NCBI RefSeq assembly: GCF_020745735.1 | Contig: NC_083449.1 | Coordinates: forward strand, 8,654,923 to 8,718,922 | From: Hemiscyllium ocellatum | Lineage: Eukaryota | Length of the DNA stretch: 64,000 bases | Direction of reading: 5' to 3' | In this document: positions 41,501 to 55,290 of the stretch, one piece after another | Position numbering within the stretch: position 1 is the stretch's first letter | Layout of the letters: every line of letters begins with the position of its first letter | Notes under the pieces: generated by a model | What the model was told of the DNA's origin: nothing | What the model saw: only the letters and a program-made list of their open reading frames with translations | Database searches by the model: none | Made by a program: the position numbers and the translations under genes

Positions 41501-42121
41501 TCATTTCTTTGCTGCTGTCTTGGTCACTTTCGCTTTCGGCTTGGCCTTGCCTTTAGCCGGTTTGCTGAGGGGTTTGGGGGCTTTAGGACCCTTGGCCTTT
41601 TTCACCTTCTTCACGGGAGTGCGTTTCTTTGGCGCTGCTTTGCTCACCGCTTTCTTTGGCGGTGCCGTCTTCTTGCCGCTCGCTTTCTTGGCCTTGGATT
41701 TCTTCGCTGTCGCTTTCTTGGCGGGTGATTTCTTCACAGTCGGTTTCTTGGCGGCCGCTGATGTTCCCGCCTTCTTTCCCGCTTTTGCCTTGACTGGATT
41801 CTTTGGGAGTTTGAAGGAGCCGGAGACGCCCTGGCCCTTGACCAGAACAAGGGAGCCGTTCGCCAGGCACCTCCTGATACTCATCTTGATCTGTGTCTTT
41901 CGCTTTCCCACATCGATCCCTCTTCTCTCCAGCGCCTTCTTTACTGCGGACAGAGACGCCCCTTTGCGATCCTTGATATCCCCGACAACCTTCAGAATCA
42001 GCTCGCCCAACCCGGGACCGGGTGGTTTTTTCCTGGGAGCCGCCGCCTTCTTCTTGGGAGCCTTGGCTTTGGTGGGAGCGGAGGCTGGAGGAGCTGTTTC
42101 GGCGGCTGCACTGTCGCTCAT
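41501..42121 (-). CDS. H1: Linker histone H1 (206 aa), divergent globular domain
   Basis: MSDSAAAETAP...; winged helix ending KGQGVSGSFKL; K/A/P-rich tail with SPAK/TPVK; stem-loop. Confidence 0.95.
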   Translation of the reverse strand: MSDSAAAETAPPASAPTKAKAPKKKAAAPRKKPPGPGLGELILKVVGDIKDRKGASLSAVKKALERRGIDVGKRKTQIKMSIRRCLANGSLVLVKGQGVSGSFKLPKNPVKAKAGKKAGTSAAAKKPTVKKSPAKKATAKKSKAKKASGKKTAPPKKAVSKAAPKKRTPVKKVKKAKGPKAPKPLSKPAKGKAKPKAKVTKTAAKK

Positions 42122-42269
42122 GTTGAGAACTCTGCGCTGAATCTCTCTCTGGGTCAGTCTGAACTGGGTCAGCAATGAAGCTGCTGGCGGCGGCACTGAG
42201 CAACTTCAAGGCAGCGAGCGGACGGCGCAGGGACAACCTGCCGTCAGCTCCCTGCTCCTGCTTCCTCTC

Positions 42270-42276
42270 TGTGTTT
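42270..42276 (-). promoter_or_regulatory. H1 AC box
   Basis: AAACACA ~150 bp upstream of H1 ATG. Confidence 0.65.
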
Positions 42277-43454
42277 CTCTAACGTCCTAAACTCTCCGAT
42301 TCCTCTGAACTTCATCATCTCCAGAGATCGCTCCTCATCCTGACACTGGAAGCTTTACGGCCGAAAAGTTTTCACTCCGTTGTCGAGTTAAACGCATTTT
42401 GCTGCTGCACTGATGGCGCTCTCTGAGCTGAATGGTGACATTGTCGCTACTTTTAGACTGAAATCTTGAAACTAACAAATATATTGCCTTCAATCTACCT
42501 TTGAGGTTTAGATGGGGAGCAGGGCGATAATTCGAATTCAAAACTTTTGAGTTACGTCAGAGAAACCTGGAAATATCACAACATTAGCGGACACACAAAC
42601 ACAGTTACGTTAGACTAACCACCCGCCCTTTTCCTACAGTCTCTCTGACACAGTATTCACACTCACACAGTCACACGCCAGAAATATCACCAAATGTAAG
42701 TGTGGAAGGATAGACTTTCTCCTCCTCTCAGCTTTTGCTGCGTGGTTCAGGGAGGTAGTTACAGTTTTTTTTCTCCTCGGTTACACTCTCATCAGCTCTC
42801 CTGTTTACACCTTCAAAGATGGTTTGTCAAGCTTAGAAGACAGAACAGTATGCACTGAAACAGGCCCTTCAATTCCACGCTGAGTCTAGCAGATCCTGAA
42901 TCCTGTTTTGTCAAATGCTTCTCAATTGAAACTTTCATTTTGATTTTTCCTTGCAGGCTGACGAATCTACAGTTCCCAACCTCTCTTTTCCATTGGATTG
43001 CTTACACTAGCGCAGCAGGTCAGGCAACATCCAAAGAGCAGGAGAATCGACGTTTTGGGCATGAGCCCTTCTTCAGGAAAGGCCCTAATCTGTGTAATTT
43101 ATGGTAGAGCCTATAGAATCTTGGAACATGACCACTACTGCAACCGCTATTACTCAGCCCACTACATTAAATACTCTGGGACGTAGATGATCAAGGTCTG
43201 GTATTTCACAACCTTCAATTCAATCCATTGTCCCAACATATTTCCCAAATAATACTGATTTGGTTCAGTTTTTCCCTCTCACTAAACCCCACAACATTAC
43301 TACTGTGTTAGTTGTGTTAATATTTGTGAACAGAGAACAACAGTATGATAGTGATTTTTAAGATGTTTTCGTTCCCCATTTCAAAGTCCCCTCTTTAATG
43401 TTGTAAGTGACATGTGGTCCTCTTTACCAACCTATTTATGTTCACTTCTCTCTT

Positions 43455-43960
43455 TAGGAGAAAGTGAGGACTGCAGATGCTGCAGATGACTGTATCGACA
43501 CTGCCTCATGCTCCCACGAGGAGGTTGAACAATTCATCCACTTTACCAACACCTTCCACCCCGACCTCAAATTTACCTGGACCATCTCAGACTCCTCTCT
43601 CCCCTTCCTAGACCTCTCCCCTCCAAGGCCTCAAGGGATCATTTCATATCCACCACAAATTCACCTGCACCTCCACACACATCATTTACTGCATCCGTTG
43701 CACCCGATGTGGCCTCTTCTATATTGGGGAGACAGGCCGCCTACTTGCAGAACGTTTCAGAGAACACCTCTGGGACACCCGGACCAACAACCCAACCACC
43801 CCGTGGCTCAACACTTCAACTCCCCCTCCCACTCCACCAACGACATGCAGGTCGTTTTACCTTAGCACGCTTTCCTCATTCCTGAAGAAGGGCTCATGCC
43901 CGAAATGTCGATTCTTCTGCTCCTTGGATGCTGCCTGACTTGCTGCGCTTTTCCAGCAAC
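43455..43960 (+). mobile_element. Internally deleted Penelope element (RT + GIY-YIG remnants + hammerhead)
   Basis: DDCI...FHPDLKFT...LPFLD; IIYCIRCTRCGLFYIGETGRLLAERFREH; HPVAQHFN; CTGAAGAAGGGCTCATGCCCGAAA ~43882. Confidence 0.88.
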
Positions 43961-45460
43961 AAACCAGAATTGCACATAATATTCCAAAAGTGGCATAACC
44001 AATGTTCTGTACACCTACAACATGCTCTCCTAAGTCACATACTCAAAGCTCTGACCAGTAAATATATCAAATGCCTTCTTTGCTAATCTATCTAACCGTA
44101 ACTCCACTTTCAAGGAACAATGAACCACATTCCAAGGTCTCTTTGTTCAGTAACATGCCACAGGACCTTACTATTAAGTATGTAAGTCCTGCTCTGATTT
44201 GCCTTTCCAAATTGCAGCATTTCATATTGATTTAAATTGAACCCCTGGGTCCAGTGGCCCATCTAATCCAGCTCCTGGTGTACTCCGAGGTAGCCTTCTT
44301 TGCTGTGCACGACATCAAAATTTTTTGTCTAATCTGCAAACTTACTAACTTATCTGCAACCTCACATCTAAATCATTCATTATAACATGGAGGTGCCGGT
44401 GTTGGACTGGGGTGTGCAAAGTTAAAAATAACACACTACCAGGGTATAGTCCAACAGGTTTATTTGGAAGTACAAGCTTTCTGAATATAGACACCTGACG
44501 GAGGAGCAGCACTCCGAAAGTTTGTACTTCCAAATAAGCCTGTTGGACAAAACCTGTTGTTTTGTTTTGTTTGTCACTAGAATCATTTATATAAATGATG
44601 AAAAGCAGTAGAACCAGCAATGATCCTTGTAGCACATCACTTGTCACAGGCCTCCAGACTGAAAAGCATTCCTCCACCACCACCTTCTGTCTTCTACCTT
44701 CGAAAAAAGTCTGTATCCAAATGGCTAGTTCTCCCTGTATTCCCTGTTACCTAATCTTGCTAACAAATTTCCCTTGTCAAACGCTTACAGAAGGCCATGT
44801 AGATCACATCCACTACTTTGTCCTCATCAGTCCTCTTCCTTACCAATTCAAAAAACTCAGTCGACTTAGTAATACATGACTTCCCATGCAGAAAGCCATG
44901 TTGACTACCCCTAATCAATCTTGGCCTTTCAAAAAATGTAAATCCTCTCTCTCTCACGTTCCCCTCAACTGCGTGCCTACGCTCACTATTCAATAGTTCC
45001 CTGGCTTTTCCTTACCAACTTTTGTAAATAGTGGCACCACGTTAGCCAGCCTCCAATCTCGGATTAATGTCTTTGTTCACTATCTCCCTGGTTCCCACTG
45101 ACCTCCCCCACCTCCAAACCTTACGGTTTAACCCCTCCCCAGCAGCTCAAGGAAATGTCCCTGCCCCACTATATAAGATCCCTTCCAGTTCAGGTACAAT
45201 TCCTCCTTTTTATACGAATCATTTCTTCCCCAGAAGAGATTCCAATGATCCAAAATTGGGAACACCTCTCCCCTGCACCATCTCCTGAGTTGGGCATTCC
45301 CCTGCTCTATCATTCTATTCCTTCCCTCACTCGCTCGGAGCAGCGGGAGTAACCTAGATATTCCTACCGGAGTTGTCCTCCTTTCTAAATTCTTGCCTCT
45401 CTTCCTTATTCTTCCTTCTGAATCTCATCCCTTTCCCTTCCTGTGTAGTTAGTTCCAATG
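43960..45460 (-). mobile_element. Degenerate CR1-type LINE with nested PLE (44385-44560)
   Basis: SQHGFLHGKSC, VVEECFSVWRPVTS motifs. Confidence 0.8.
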
Positions 45461-46559
45461 TGTAATCCCTTTGTGAGAGAGACCAGAATTGTGTCATCCC
45501 TTTGTGAATATCGTGCACTCTTTCCTTGGTCCTGTTACCAGGGAGGCAATTCTGATTTCACGCTGTCGGCCGGAGAGACGTCTGTCTGTGCTGCTGACAA
45601 AAAAAAATTGAGTTTTGTAATTTGTAAAAGGAGGACCTTCCAAATCGCGACTACTTCCATCTAAAAGGATAAAGGCAGCTGATGTCAGGGAACACCGCCT
45701 TGATATCGGACAAGTTCCCCTCAAAGGCACTCACCATGCTGACTTGGAAATAAAACCGCTTTCTTTCACTGTCACTAGATCAAGACCCTGGAACTCCATA
45801 TTCATGGCATTGTGGGCAGCACATGGACAACAGCTGTTCCAGAAGGATGCTCAATACCGCCTTCTCAAAGGGATGGAGAATGAATGCTTGGCTCAGACAG
45901 CGACATCCACGTTCCACGATTGAATTAAAAAATACAGCTGGGGTCTCTCGTTGTGGCATACAATACATCGCAAGGTTTCTGTCTACAGCATACCTGACAC
46001 TAACATCCGTCATCCACGACAAACTAAATCGAGTCCCAGAGATGTTTTTACATACCTGGTCTGTATTTCACGGGCCTCCTGACCCGGAAATAAGCACTGA
46101 CACTGTGATGCAAGACTCTCTCCATCAGTTATTTTCTGCCTTCGTAAGAATGTTCCACTTATTCCATCTCTCTGTATGTTACTTTGGGCAAGGAGTTAAT
46201 ATTTGTGGATGAGGGTCATCAGGATTGAGTACTACGGTTAACATTCGATCAGACGTGATATTATTGAATGGGGAGGCACAGGGGATGGGCCGAGTGGCCG
46301 CCAGCTACTCCGCCCCCTGGTCAGATTGTGAGAGAGCCGGAGGGAGGAGTTATTAACATGACCCGGGAATGAACTCCACTGGAGCTTCATCAAGGGGCAA
46401 TGGCCCACCTTGAAATCTTCTCTGCCCTTTCTCCCACAGCCCCAGTTCCTTTGGCAAACTGGGAGAAAAGGGAATTGGGGAAATGACCAACTGATGTTTG
46501 TTTCTGGGAAGTATTGAGAAAACAGCGCATGCCCGTTGCTGCCCCTTCCCCTTGTCTAG

Positions 46560-46945
46560 ATGAGCGCATGTGTAAGGCCCTCCCCCCCGCGCTGCCATTG
46601 AGGAGCATTTACTCAGTGAGTACAAGAGGTTTGTTTGAAACAGACCGCAATGGAGAGATCAGCGCCCAGGGAAGCGAGAGAACAGCAGGCTCCTTCCAGC
46701 AGCACATCGGGATGTGAGCCTGGGACACAGAGGGGGCTCCGAGACCGGGATTGATTCGGGGTGAGTTCAGGGAGAACCGGGGGCTGTTTGTAAGAGGCCG
46801 AGCGAAGCAGGAACTGGTCCCGGAACTTGGAGTGAGCGGGCTGGGGGGAAGAGAGAGGCCTTTCTCGGGCTGTGTGTGGGCCTGCTGAGGGAGGCAGAGC
46901 GGGAAGAAGCTGCTGTGGGACATTCTTGTGGTTTTAAGTCCTCTA
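46560..46945 (+). other. Conserved GC-rich block, copy D (no H4 attached)
   Basis: Reverse complement of copy C; donor GTGAGT 46761-46766. Confidence 0.65.
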
Positions 46946-47735
46946 AACACTGATGGGAATTCTGTATGGCTTCTGTTTCACGCAGTTTGTTGATATTGGG
47001 CGGTGAATAATGGAAGCACAGACCATAATTTTGTGACAATCCTATAAAGGACACGTATTAGAGTGAATAGATTTGAAGTTTCGAGTAAAACATTAGACAT
47101 AGCGTCCCTTGTTGTGTCCTTCAACATTTAGTGTATTGGCAGCTTGCTATTGATGCATTGCAGCTGCTTCAGGAATTCCCTTTCATGGAGGTGAACAGAT
47201 ATTAGTTCTGGATCTCACCCAATTGTCACAAAGTTGCAAATAAAAGAAACGGAGACCAGGAGCACCTCACGGAAAGAGTGGAATTGAAACTTGGTTCTGT
47301 TTGAATTGCTAGGTTTGAAAATACTCTTTTGATTATTAACTGACTGCCACAGTGATCAGTTTAATCTTGCCTAACTTGGCTTATGTTGATTTACAGCTGA
47401 AAAATCTTCTGTCTTCCTCCAAGCAAATATTTGAATGACGAAGACAATGTCATATTTCCTCAGTACAAAGCCAAGTGTGACCAGCTGCTTCTAACAAACA
47501 GCAAGTATGTCAAAGCAGAGAACATTCTTTCCACATGCACAGAGCAGATTGGATCAGACTTAATTTGATCTCAATTTCCAGAGATATATTCAACTGCGGA
47601 AAGACAAATTCCTTTTTTTCTCTGCATTCTCCATAGACATCTTCCTGGTTTCAATTTATATGACTCACAGGCCATGAACATTCTCAGCATGTTTGAAAAT
47701 GACTGGTTGTTTAAAGTAGACAGTTGGTGTACTAA

Positions 47736-47998
47736 TTTCTGGATTAGTGGTGCTGGAAGAGCACAGCAGTTCAGGCAGCATCCAAGGAGCAGCGAAATCG
47801 ACGTTTCGGGCAAAAGCCCTTCATCAGGAATAAAGGCAGTGAGCCTGAAGTGTGGAGAGATATGCTAGAGGAGGGTGGGTGGGGAGAAAGTAGCATAGAG
47901 TACAATGGATGAGTGGGGGAGGGGATGAAGGTGATAGGTCAGGGAGGAGAGAGTGGAGTGGATAGGTGGAAAAGGAGATAGGCAGGTACGACAAGTCA
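47736..47998 (-). mobile_element. Young PLE insert with intact hammerhead motif and 10-bp TSD
   Basis: TSD GGTGTACTAA 47726-47735 / 47999-48008; empty site at ~34540-34550. Confidence 0.85.
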
Positions 47999-50900
47999 GG
48001 TGTACTAAATCAAGTTTACATTTTAAAAGGGCATTTTAAATGTCACAAACCGGATAAACAATGACATTGTGCTTTTACATAGTTTCAACAGCCATATGTG
48101 ACCAGTAGTGAATCATTACTGAGAACACGCACACATATACAAAGGTACAAATTCAGATTGAACCACCATATCAACACACAAGATACAGAGACTAACAGCG
48201 ATGTGCACACATTTACACTGTAGGAAACAGAAATGAATATATATAAAATGTTTACACAAAAACAATCGACTAAATCCCATTCAGGCAGCATTCCATTTCA
48301 ATAAGGGTGTCATGGCAGCAGAGAAGCTGCCAACCCCACCTTGATCTCAACATCATTCTCAACATAAATAGAAATTACATTTTCACACTGCCCAGTATTA
48401 ATTTTTTTTATTAAAAAATGTGTGACTTGGTCTCCAAATTCATTTTAATCTTCTACAAAGAATCCCGAATTCCCCACCCTATAAAATATCACAAAAAATC
48501 AAGAAAATGGAATGTCATATCATCAGTTTAACAATATAATCAAGTAATCACCCTTTAATTCAACAAAGAAATTTAGCCAATCTTGTAATTTGTAAATTCT
48601 CTTTTTTTTTTGCAAGAAGAGATCAACCACGTTCAATAAATTTGCCTGAATGATTTAAATCTTCTCCACTGTATGACAAAAATACATGTCTTTTCGCTTT
48701 CCTCGTTGATCCATAGAGCATCAGGAGAGTACTGCTAATGGCTTGCACCGTCACACCACAGAGCAGGATTATGTAACATTCCCAATGGAATAATGAAGTG
48801 AACTAGCCAATTCTCTTTCCTGTAGCAGGAACATTGTGGTCAGTCGGCTACAACACAATTTATTAGTTTGTTCCCCTTTCCTTTTGACACTACCAAAGGA
48901 ATGTAACACTTATCCATTTCTCAACATTCACAAAAGTATGTAGCTATGCATTGAGGAAATACTGATGACATCCTTAAGAGCAGCCCATGGTATCATTCCT
49001 GCCAGTTCGAGTCTGCACGAGAGGAGTTGGAAAACCCTTTAATTTCCATTACACTATCCATAACTCAAATCAAATGCACTGAGCGGAAACTAACAGGTAC
49101 ATATTGATAAGTGCACTCACACATTCACATAGCTGAAATTGACAGGCAAAGATTAAAATCTATATTCAGAGTCACAAAACAGAAGCTGGCATGTACAGTT
49201 TGATGACTGTACTTATACATTTACAGAGCAGTCAGATTGGTAACTATATTCTGATGTTCACATTGCAGAAACGTTCAAACGTTCATGTACAGATTGCTAA
49301 CTGCACACTGTAACACATATAGGAGAAATAGACAAGGAGAAATTTACATATCAGAATTGGCAGGTACAAATTGATAAGCAAATTCACATATTCACAACAC
49401 AGAAGCTGATAGGATAAATGCATTCACACATTCACATGACAGACACTGAGTGTTACAGATTAATGCACACTTAAATGCACAGAGCTGAAACTGATAGGAA
49501 CAAATTAATAAATACACCCTGACATTCACATTGTAGTGACTGACAGAGGTAGTTACTGACAGAGAAAGTTTGATAACAAAGCAGAAACTGACAGGAACAG
49601 ATTAGCAATAATACTCAGTTTCATATTGCATAAAGCACAGCAGAATCTGACAAATATAGATCGATAACAATACTCAGTTTGACAAACAAAGCCTGACAAC
49701 TACATTCTCATATTCAACTCATATTCACATGGCAGAAACAGTTACAGCTTGATATCTACTCTCACCCATTCACACTGCAGAAACTGACAGGGACAGATTG
49801 ATGATGACACTCACTCATTCATATGACAGAAACTAACAGAGGTTCAGCTCCATAACTAACATCACATATAGATGTTGGAGAAGCTGACAGCTAGAGACTG
49901 ATAATTATACTCTCATTCACATTGCAGAAACTGAGATGGATAACTGCACCCACATATTCACATAGAAACTGACAGGTACAGATTTATAACCACAGTCACA
50001 CATTCATAAGCAACAACTGATACGGATAGATTGACCCTCCCTATGAGATATTCTAAAAAAAGTAAGAAAACAATATTATTTGTTCAAATTACCAATCCAG
50101 CTTCCTACAACATCATGGGATATACTTGATCAGGTCTGAGAGTTTGATACACCTTTGTGTTTTTTTTAACATCTCTAACACCTCCTGTTTTGGCATGTGG
50201 ACTGATATCAAATATTTTTCAAGATATCAATATATATTTCCCCTAGTTTCCTAGCCTCCACTCCTATGTCTCCAGGCATACTGTACTCCCAACAGTAACT
50301 GTACTCCCATATTTTTATTACAAAAAATGGCAGATTCAGATTGATAAATGCATTCATACATTATCAAATCAGAAACTGATGGGGAGTGATTAATAACTAA
50401 TCAATTTATATTTAATAATTTATCTAGCAGAAACTTTCAGGTATAGTCTTTTAGTTAGAATTAGAATCCATACAGTTTCAAAACAGAACATCCAGCCTGG
50501 CAAGTCTACACCGATCCTCTGAAGATTATCTCAACCAGAGTCATTCCCTTATCACTCTACATTTACTCCTGACTAATGCACCTAACCCATACATCCCTGA
50601 ACACTATGGGCAATTTAGCATAGCCAATTCACTTAACCTCCTCTTTGGACTGTGGGAGGAAACCGGGGCATTCAGAGGGAACCCACACAGACATGGGGAG
50701 AATGTGCAAACTCCACGCAGATAGTCATCCGGGGCTGGAATCGAATCTTAGAATATTATTGGCTGCCAGAGAATTAAGCAACTTTCATACATAAGAGTTG
50801 AAAGTAGTTGGTACTGATTGAGTACTTGACTCTCTCAGTTACACAGCATAAACTGGCAAGTATAGATCAGTTCCAAAACTCTCATGTGGACATAACAGAA

Positions 50901-51289
50901 ACTGACAGGTGTAGATTGATAGCTGCTCTCACATATTCACTCTGCAGAAACTGAAAGGGAGAGAATGATACATAAATACACACACACACAACTATTTGTT
51001 CAAGTCTGCATTTGCATATTTATTAATAAGATGCTAACAGATACAGATTCATAACTCCATCCTGAGATACCCAGAGCAGAATATAACAGGGACAGATTGG
51101 TCAATCATACACATGTTCACATGGCAGGACATCTCAGAGGAAGACTGATAACTACATTCTCATCATCAAAACGTACTGGACAGATTAATAATACTCCCTG
51201 TTTCAAATCGCATACATTGACATGTACAGTTTGATAATGACACTCATGTTTACAGCACAGAAACTGACAGGTAGAAATTAATAACAAAA

Positions 51290-52040
51290 ATTGCTGGAAA
51301 ATCCACAGGTTTGGCAGCATTGGTGGAGGGAAATCAGACTTAACATTTGAGGTCTACTGACCCCTCCTCAGAACTGATTGTGTGCATTTTCCTAGCTCCC
51401 ATTTGGTCTTCCCTATGCTGGGGAAAATGAGTGTAGATTGGGTGTCCACAGTGCAGAACACTTACATTCTGTCCAGAACAAAATGTCCCTGAGCTTCTAA
51501 TAGCATGCCACTTCAACACACCACCCTGTACCCTGGCCAACATCTCTGTCTCAGGCTTGCTGCAGTGCTCCAGCAAAGTTCAGTGCAAGCTGGAAGAACT
51601 GCACCTCATTTTCTGCTTGGGAACTCGACAGCCTTCTGGACTCAATATTGAATTCTACATCTTTAGAGCTAGAGCACTCCTGTATCATTACCCAAAACCC
51701 CTCTCACCACGCAGTGTTATCATAGAGTCTTCTATTGTACACCAAAACTCACTAACAATCTCTATTAATATCTATTACCATCCTCGTCTGACTGATCCAC
51801 TAGTTTATCTGTTCAACTGTTCTTCCCTCTCTTTGATTCAATATCCATCCACCATTTACTCCCTTATCCTTCAACACACCCTATCTTCTGCAGAAAATCT
51901 AATATTTTCCTGGCTACCATCTCTTCACAGGAAGGGTTACTAGACTGGAAATTTTAACTCTGATTTCTGTCCACAGACTCTGTCAGACCTGCTGAGCTTT
52001 TCCAGCAATTTGTTTTAGTTTCTGATTTCCAGCATCTGCA
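51290..52040 (+). mobile_element. Old Penelope 3' fragment
   Basis: CHFN...KLEELHLIFCLGTRQPSGLNIEF C-terminal motif. Confidence 0.75.
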
Positions 52041-52324
52041 GTTCGTTTGGTTTTCGTTTAGAGATTAATAACTACATTTTCATATTCACAGAGCAGAAAC
52101 TACCAGGGAAAATTGATAACTACATTCACATGTTCACAAAAGAAAATCTGTTGTGCAAATATTGATAAATGCACTCATATTTACATTACAGAGCCTGACC
52201 GGGAAGGGTTCTTAACTGAACAAAACATTCATGAAGCCAAAACTGAAAGGGATTGTTAAAATGTAAATTCTCATACTCACATAGCAGAACCTGGCAGACT
52301 TAGATTGACAATTACCCAAACACA

Positions 52325-52932
52325 TTCAGTATTGAGTACAGTTGTTGGGAGGTCACCTTGCAGCTGTACATGACATTGGTTAGGCCACTGTCGGAATATT
52401 GCATGCAATTCTGATTTCCTTCCTATTGGAATGATGTTGTGAATCTTGAAAGGGTTCAGAAAAGATTTACAAGGATGTTGCCAGGTTTGGAGGATTTGAG
52501 TTATCGGGAGAGGTCGAATAGGCTAGGGCTATTTTCCCTGGAGCATTGGAGGCTGAGGGGTGACATTATAGAGGTTTATAAAATATTGAGGGGCATGGAT
52601 AGGATAAATAGACAAAGTCCTTTCCCTGAGGTGGGGTAGTCCAGAACTAGAGGGCATAGGGTTAGGGTGAGAGGGAAAAAAATAGAAGAGACCTAAGGGG
52701 CATGTTTTCATGCAGAGGGTGGTACTTGTATGGAATGACCTGCCAGGAGGAAGTGGTGGAGGCAGCATTTAAAAGGCATTGAGATGGGTATATGAATAGG
52801 AAGTAGTTGGAGGAATATGGGCCGTGTGCTGCCAGGTGGGACTAGATTGGGTTGGGATATCTAGTTGGCATGGACAAGTTGGACTGAAGGGTCTGTTTCT
52901 GTGCTGTACACCTCAGTGACAATGACTCGATG
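52325..52932 (+). mobile_element. CR1-type LINE 3' end
   Basis: LERVQKRFTRMLPGL...RLRGDIIEVYKI. Confidence 0.9.
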
Positions 52933-52944
52933 ACATTCACCAAG

Positions 52945-53485
52945 CAGATTTCCTCAGATGGCTAGGGGAATTCAGCATGTCCATAAAGACTCTTACAAAC
53001 TTTTATAGATGCACCACAGAAAGCATCCTATTTGGATGTGTCACAGCGTAGTATGGCTTCTGTTCTGCCCAAGACCACAAGAAACTACAGAGAGTTGTGA
53101 CTCCGCCCAGTCCATCACTGAAAGCAACCTTCCATCCAGAGGCTCCAATTCCAATTCCCCCTGTCTCGGGAAAGCAACCAACAACATGAAAGACCCATCC
53201 GACCTTAGTTATATGCTCCTCCACCCTGGTCTGTCAGGTAGAAAATACAGAAGTTTGAATACACCATCCAACAGATTCAGCAAATGCTTCTCTGCTATTA
53301 TTAGACTTTTCAACAGACCTTAAATTTTTATGCTAATCTCTGTCTGCACCTTTTCTGTAGCTTTAACACTATATTCTGGATTCTGTTCTTACCTTGATGG
53401 ACTTTGGATGAGATAATCCACCTGTAAGGTGCACAAAACAATACTTTTCAATTTATCTCAGGACATGTGATAACAATGATCAAAT
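52945..53485 (+). mobile_element. Rex1/Babar-like LINE 3' fragment
   Basis: FYRCTTESILFGCVTA*YG...KLQRV resembles Rex1 RT C-terminus. Confidence 0.6.
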
Positions 53486-55007
53486 TAAATTAATAATTGC
53501 AGTCTTATGTTCATATAGCAGAATCTGAGGGGTACAGGCTGAAAACTACAGTCACACAAACTGACAAGAAAAGATGAGTAAATACACTCAAAACACTGGA
53601 ATTACAGAGCCCGACAGGGTAATATTGATAAGTAAACTCACATTCACAAATCAGAAGCTGATAGCAACAGATGAAAACTCAGCTCACACATTCACAGCAG
53701 GGATAGATCGACAATTACAACATATGCGCCAAGCAGAAACTGACAGCTGCAGATTGATAACTATATTTATGTATTCACGCAGCAGAGTCTGAAAGGTACA
53801 GATTGAGTTACACTCACTTTGACAAAGAAGAAATTGGCAGGTAGAGAATGATAACTGTACTCCCACATTCACATCGCTGAAACTGACCACTACAGTTTGA
53901 TACACCCATATTTACAGCAGAATCTGATGGGTACTGATCAATAACTGTATTCATATATTGACAGGAAATAAACTGACAGGGACAGGTTGGTATCGACTCT
54001 CAAACACATAGGGACTGATCTTATTTATATAAAATGTATTTAACAACCAGTCCCTGCAAGTTTATTCTGTGTGGATATATGAGTTTAGTTATCAATCTAT
54101 ACCTGTCAGTTTATGCTATGTGAATGTGAGAGTGTAGTTATTAATCTGTCCCTGTCAGTCTCTGCAATGCCAAAATGTAAATATATTTACCAGAGTGTGA
54201 CAGGGACAGATTGATAACTACATTCACTCACACATTTGCACAGCTTAAACTGACAGGTACAGGTTAACAGCAGTACTTCCACATTCACCTCGCTGGAACT
54301 GACAGGTATGGATTGATAAGGAAACTCTCAGATCCAGATACACACTTGTATTGGGTAGCCCTATTGTGGAGCTGTGGAGGTGTTGGTTAGTATCTGGTTC
54401 TCAGTGAATCGGTGTGGACTTGTTGGGCTGTTTCCACATTGTAAGTTATCTAATCTAAAACAAATGAGGGGGCAACAGCTAAAGTTATCTTATACTCCTC
54501 AGTTTCTTAACTGTGTGACTTTACACATTTTATAACTTTATAACAGAAATTAAAATTACAAATTTATAACAAGTAATGCAAAATTAACTGTTTTCTGTTT
54601 TTTCTTCATATATAATAAGGACTTTGGGGTATGTAAGAGATATATTTATTACAATCACCAGACAAAGAGCAGCTCAGGCCAAGAATAGAATCAGACCTGT
54701 GGTTCTGTTGGACTTGCCGGTTTGAAAGAAAAACAGCCTAATGATTATTAAATAAATGTTACATTCAGAAGTTTGATACTGTCAAACTTGATGTTGATTT
54801 ACAGGAGATGTGTCTGCCTCCAGACAAATACTTAAAGGACCAAGACACATTCCCTCGGGACAAAGCCAAGTGTGATCAGTTTCTACTGACAAACAGCAGG
54901 TAAGTTACTGTTGTCAGATAAACAAGTAACTCCAGCCACATTAAATGAAAGGGAATTGTGCCAGTAAATGAACAGGCACTAGATGTTAGATACAGCCCAT
55001 TAATCCG

Positions 55008-55290
55008 TGGGCGGCACGGTGGCACAGTGGTTAGCACTGCTGCCTCACAGCACCAGAGACCCGGGTTCATTTCCCGCCTCAGGCGACTGTGTGGAGTTTG
55101 CACGTTGTCCCCGTGTCTGCATGGGTTTCCTCCGGGTGCTCCGGTTTCCTCCCACAGTCCAAAGATGTGCGGGTCAGGTGAATTGGCCATGTTAGATAAG
55201 GGGTAAATGTAGGGGTATGGGTGGGTTGCTCTTCGGCGGGTCGGTGTGGACTTGTTGGGCTGTTTCCACATTGTAAGTTATCTAATCTAA
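55008..55290 (+). mobile_element. HE1-type SINE
   Basis: Matches 4760-5075. Confidence 0.88.

Larger units (their letters stand above)
46560..50745. repeat. Right arm of inverted duplication 2
   Basis: Mirror of 31735-35745 with an extra PLE insert 47736-47998. Confidence 0.9.
49075..54330 (-). repeat. Degenerate ~49-bp satellite, opposite orientation (interrupted by TEs)
   Basis: GCAGAAACTGACAGGTACAGATTGATAACTACAC units. Confidence 0.85.

Noticed and set aside
41583-42236. 217-aa alternative-frame ORF overlapping H1
   Set aside because: By-product of low-complexity Lys/Ala/Pro codons; no independent evidence
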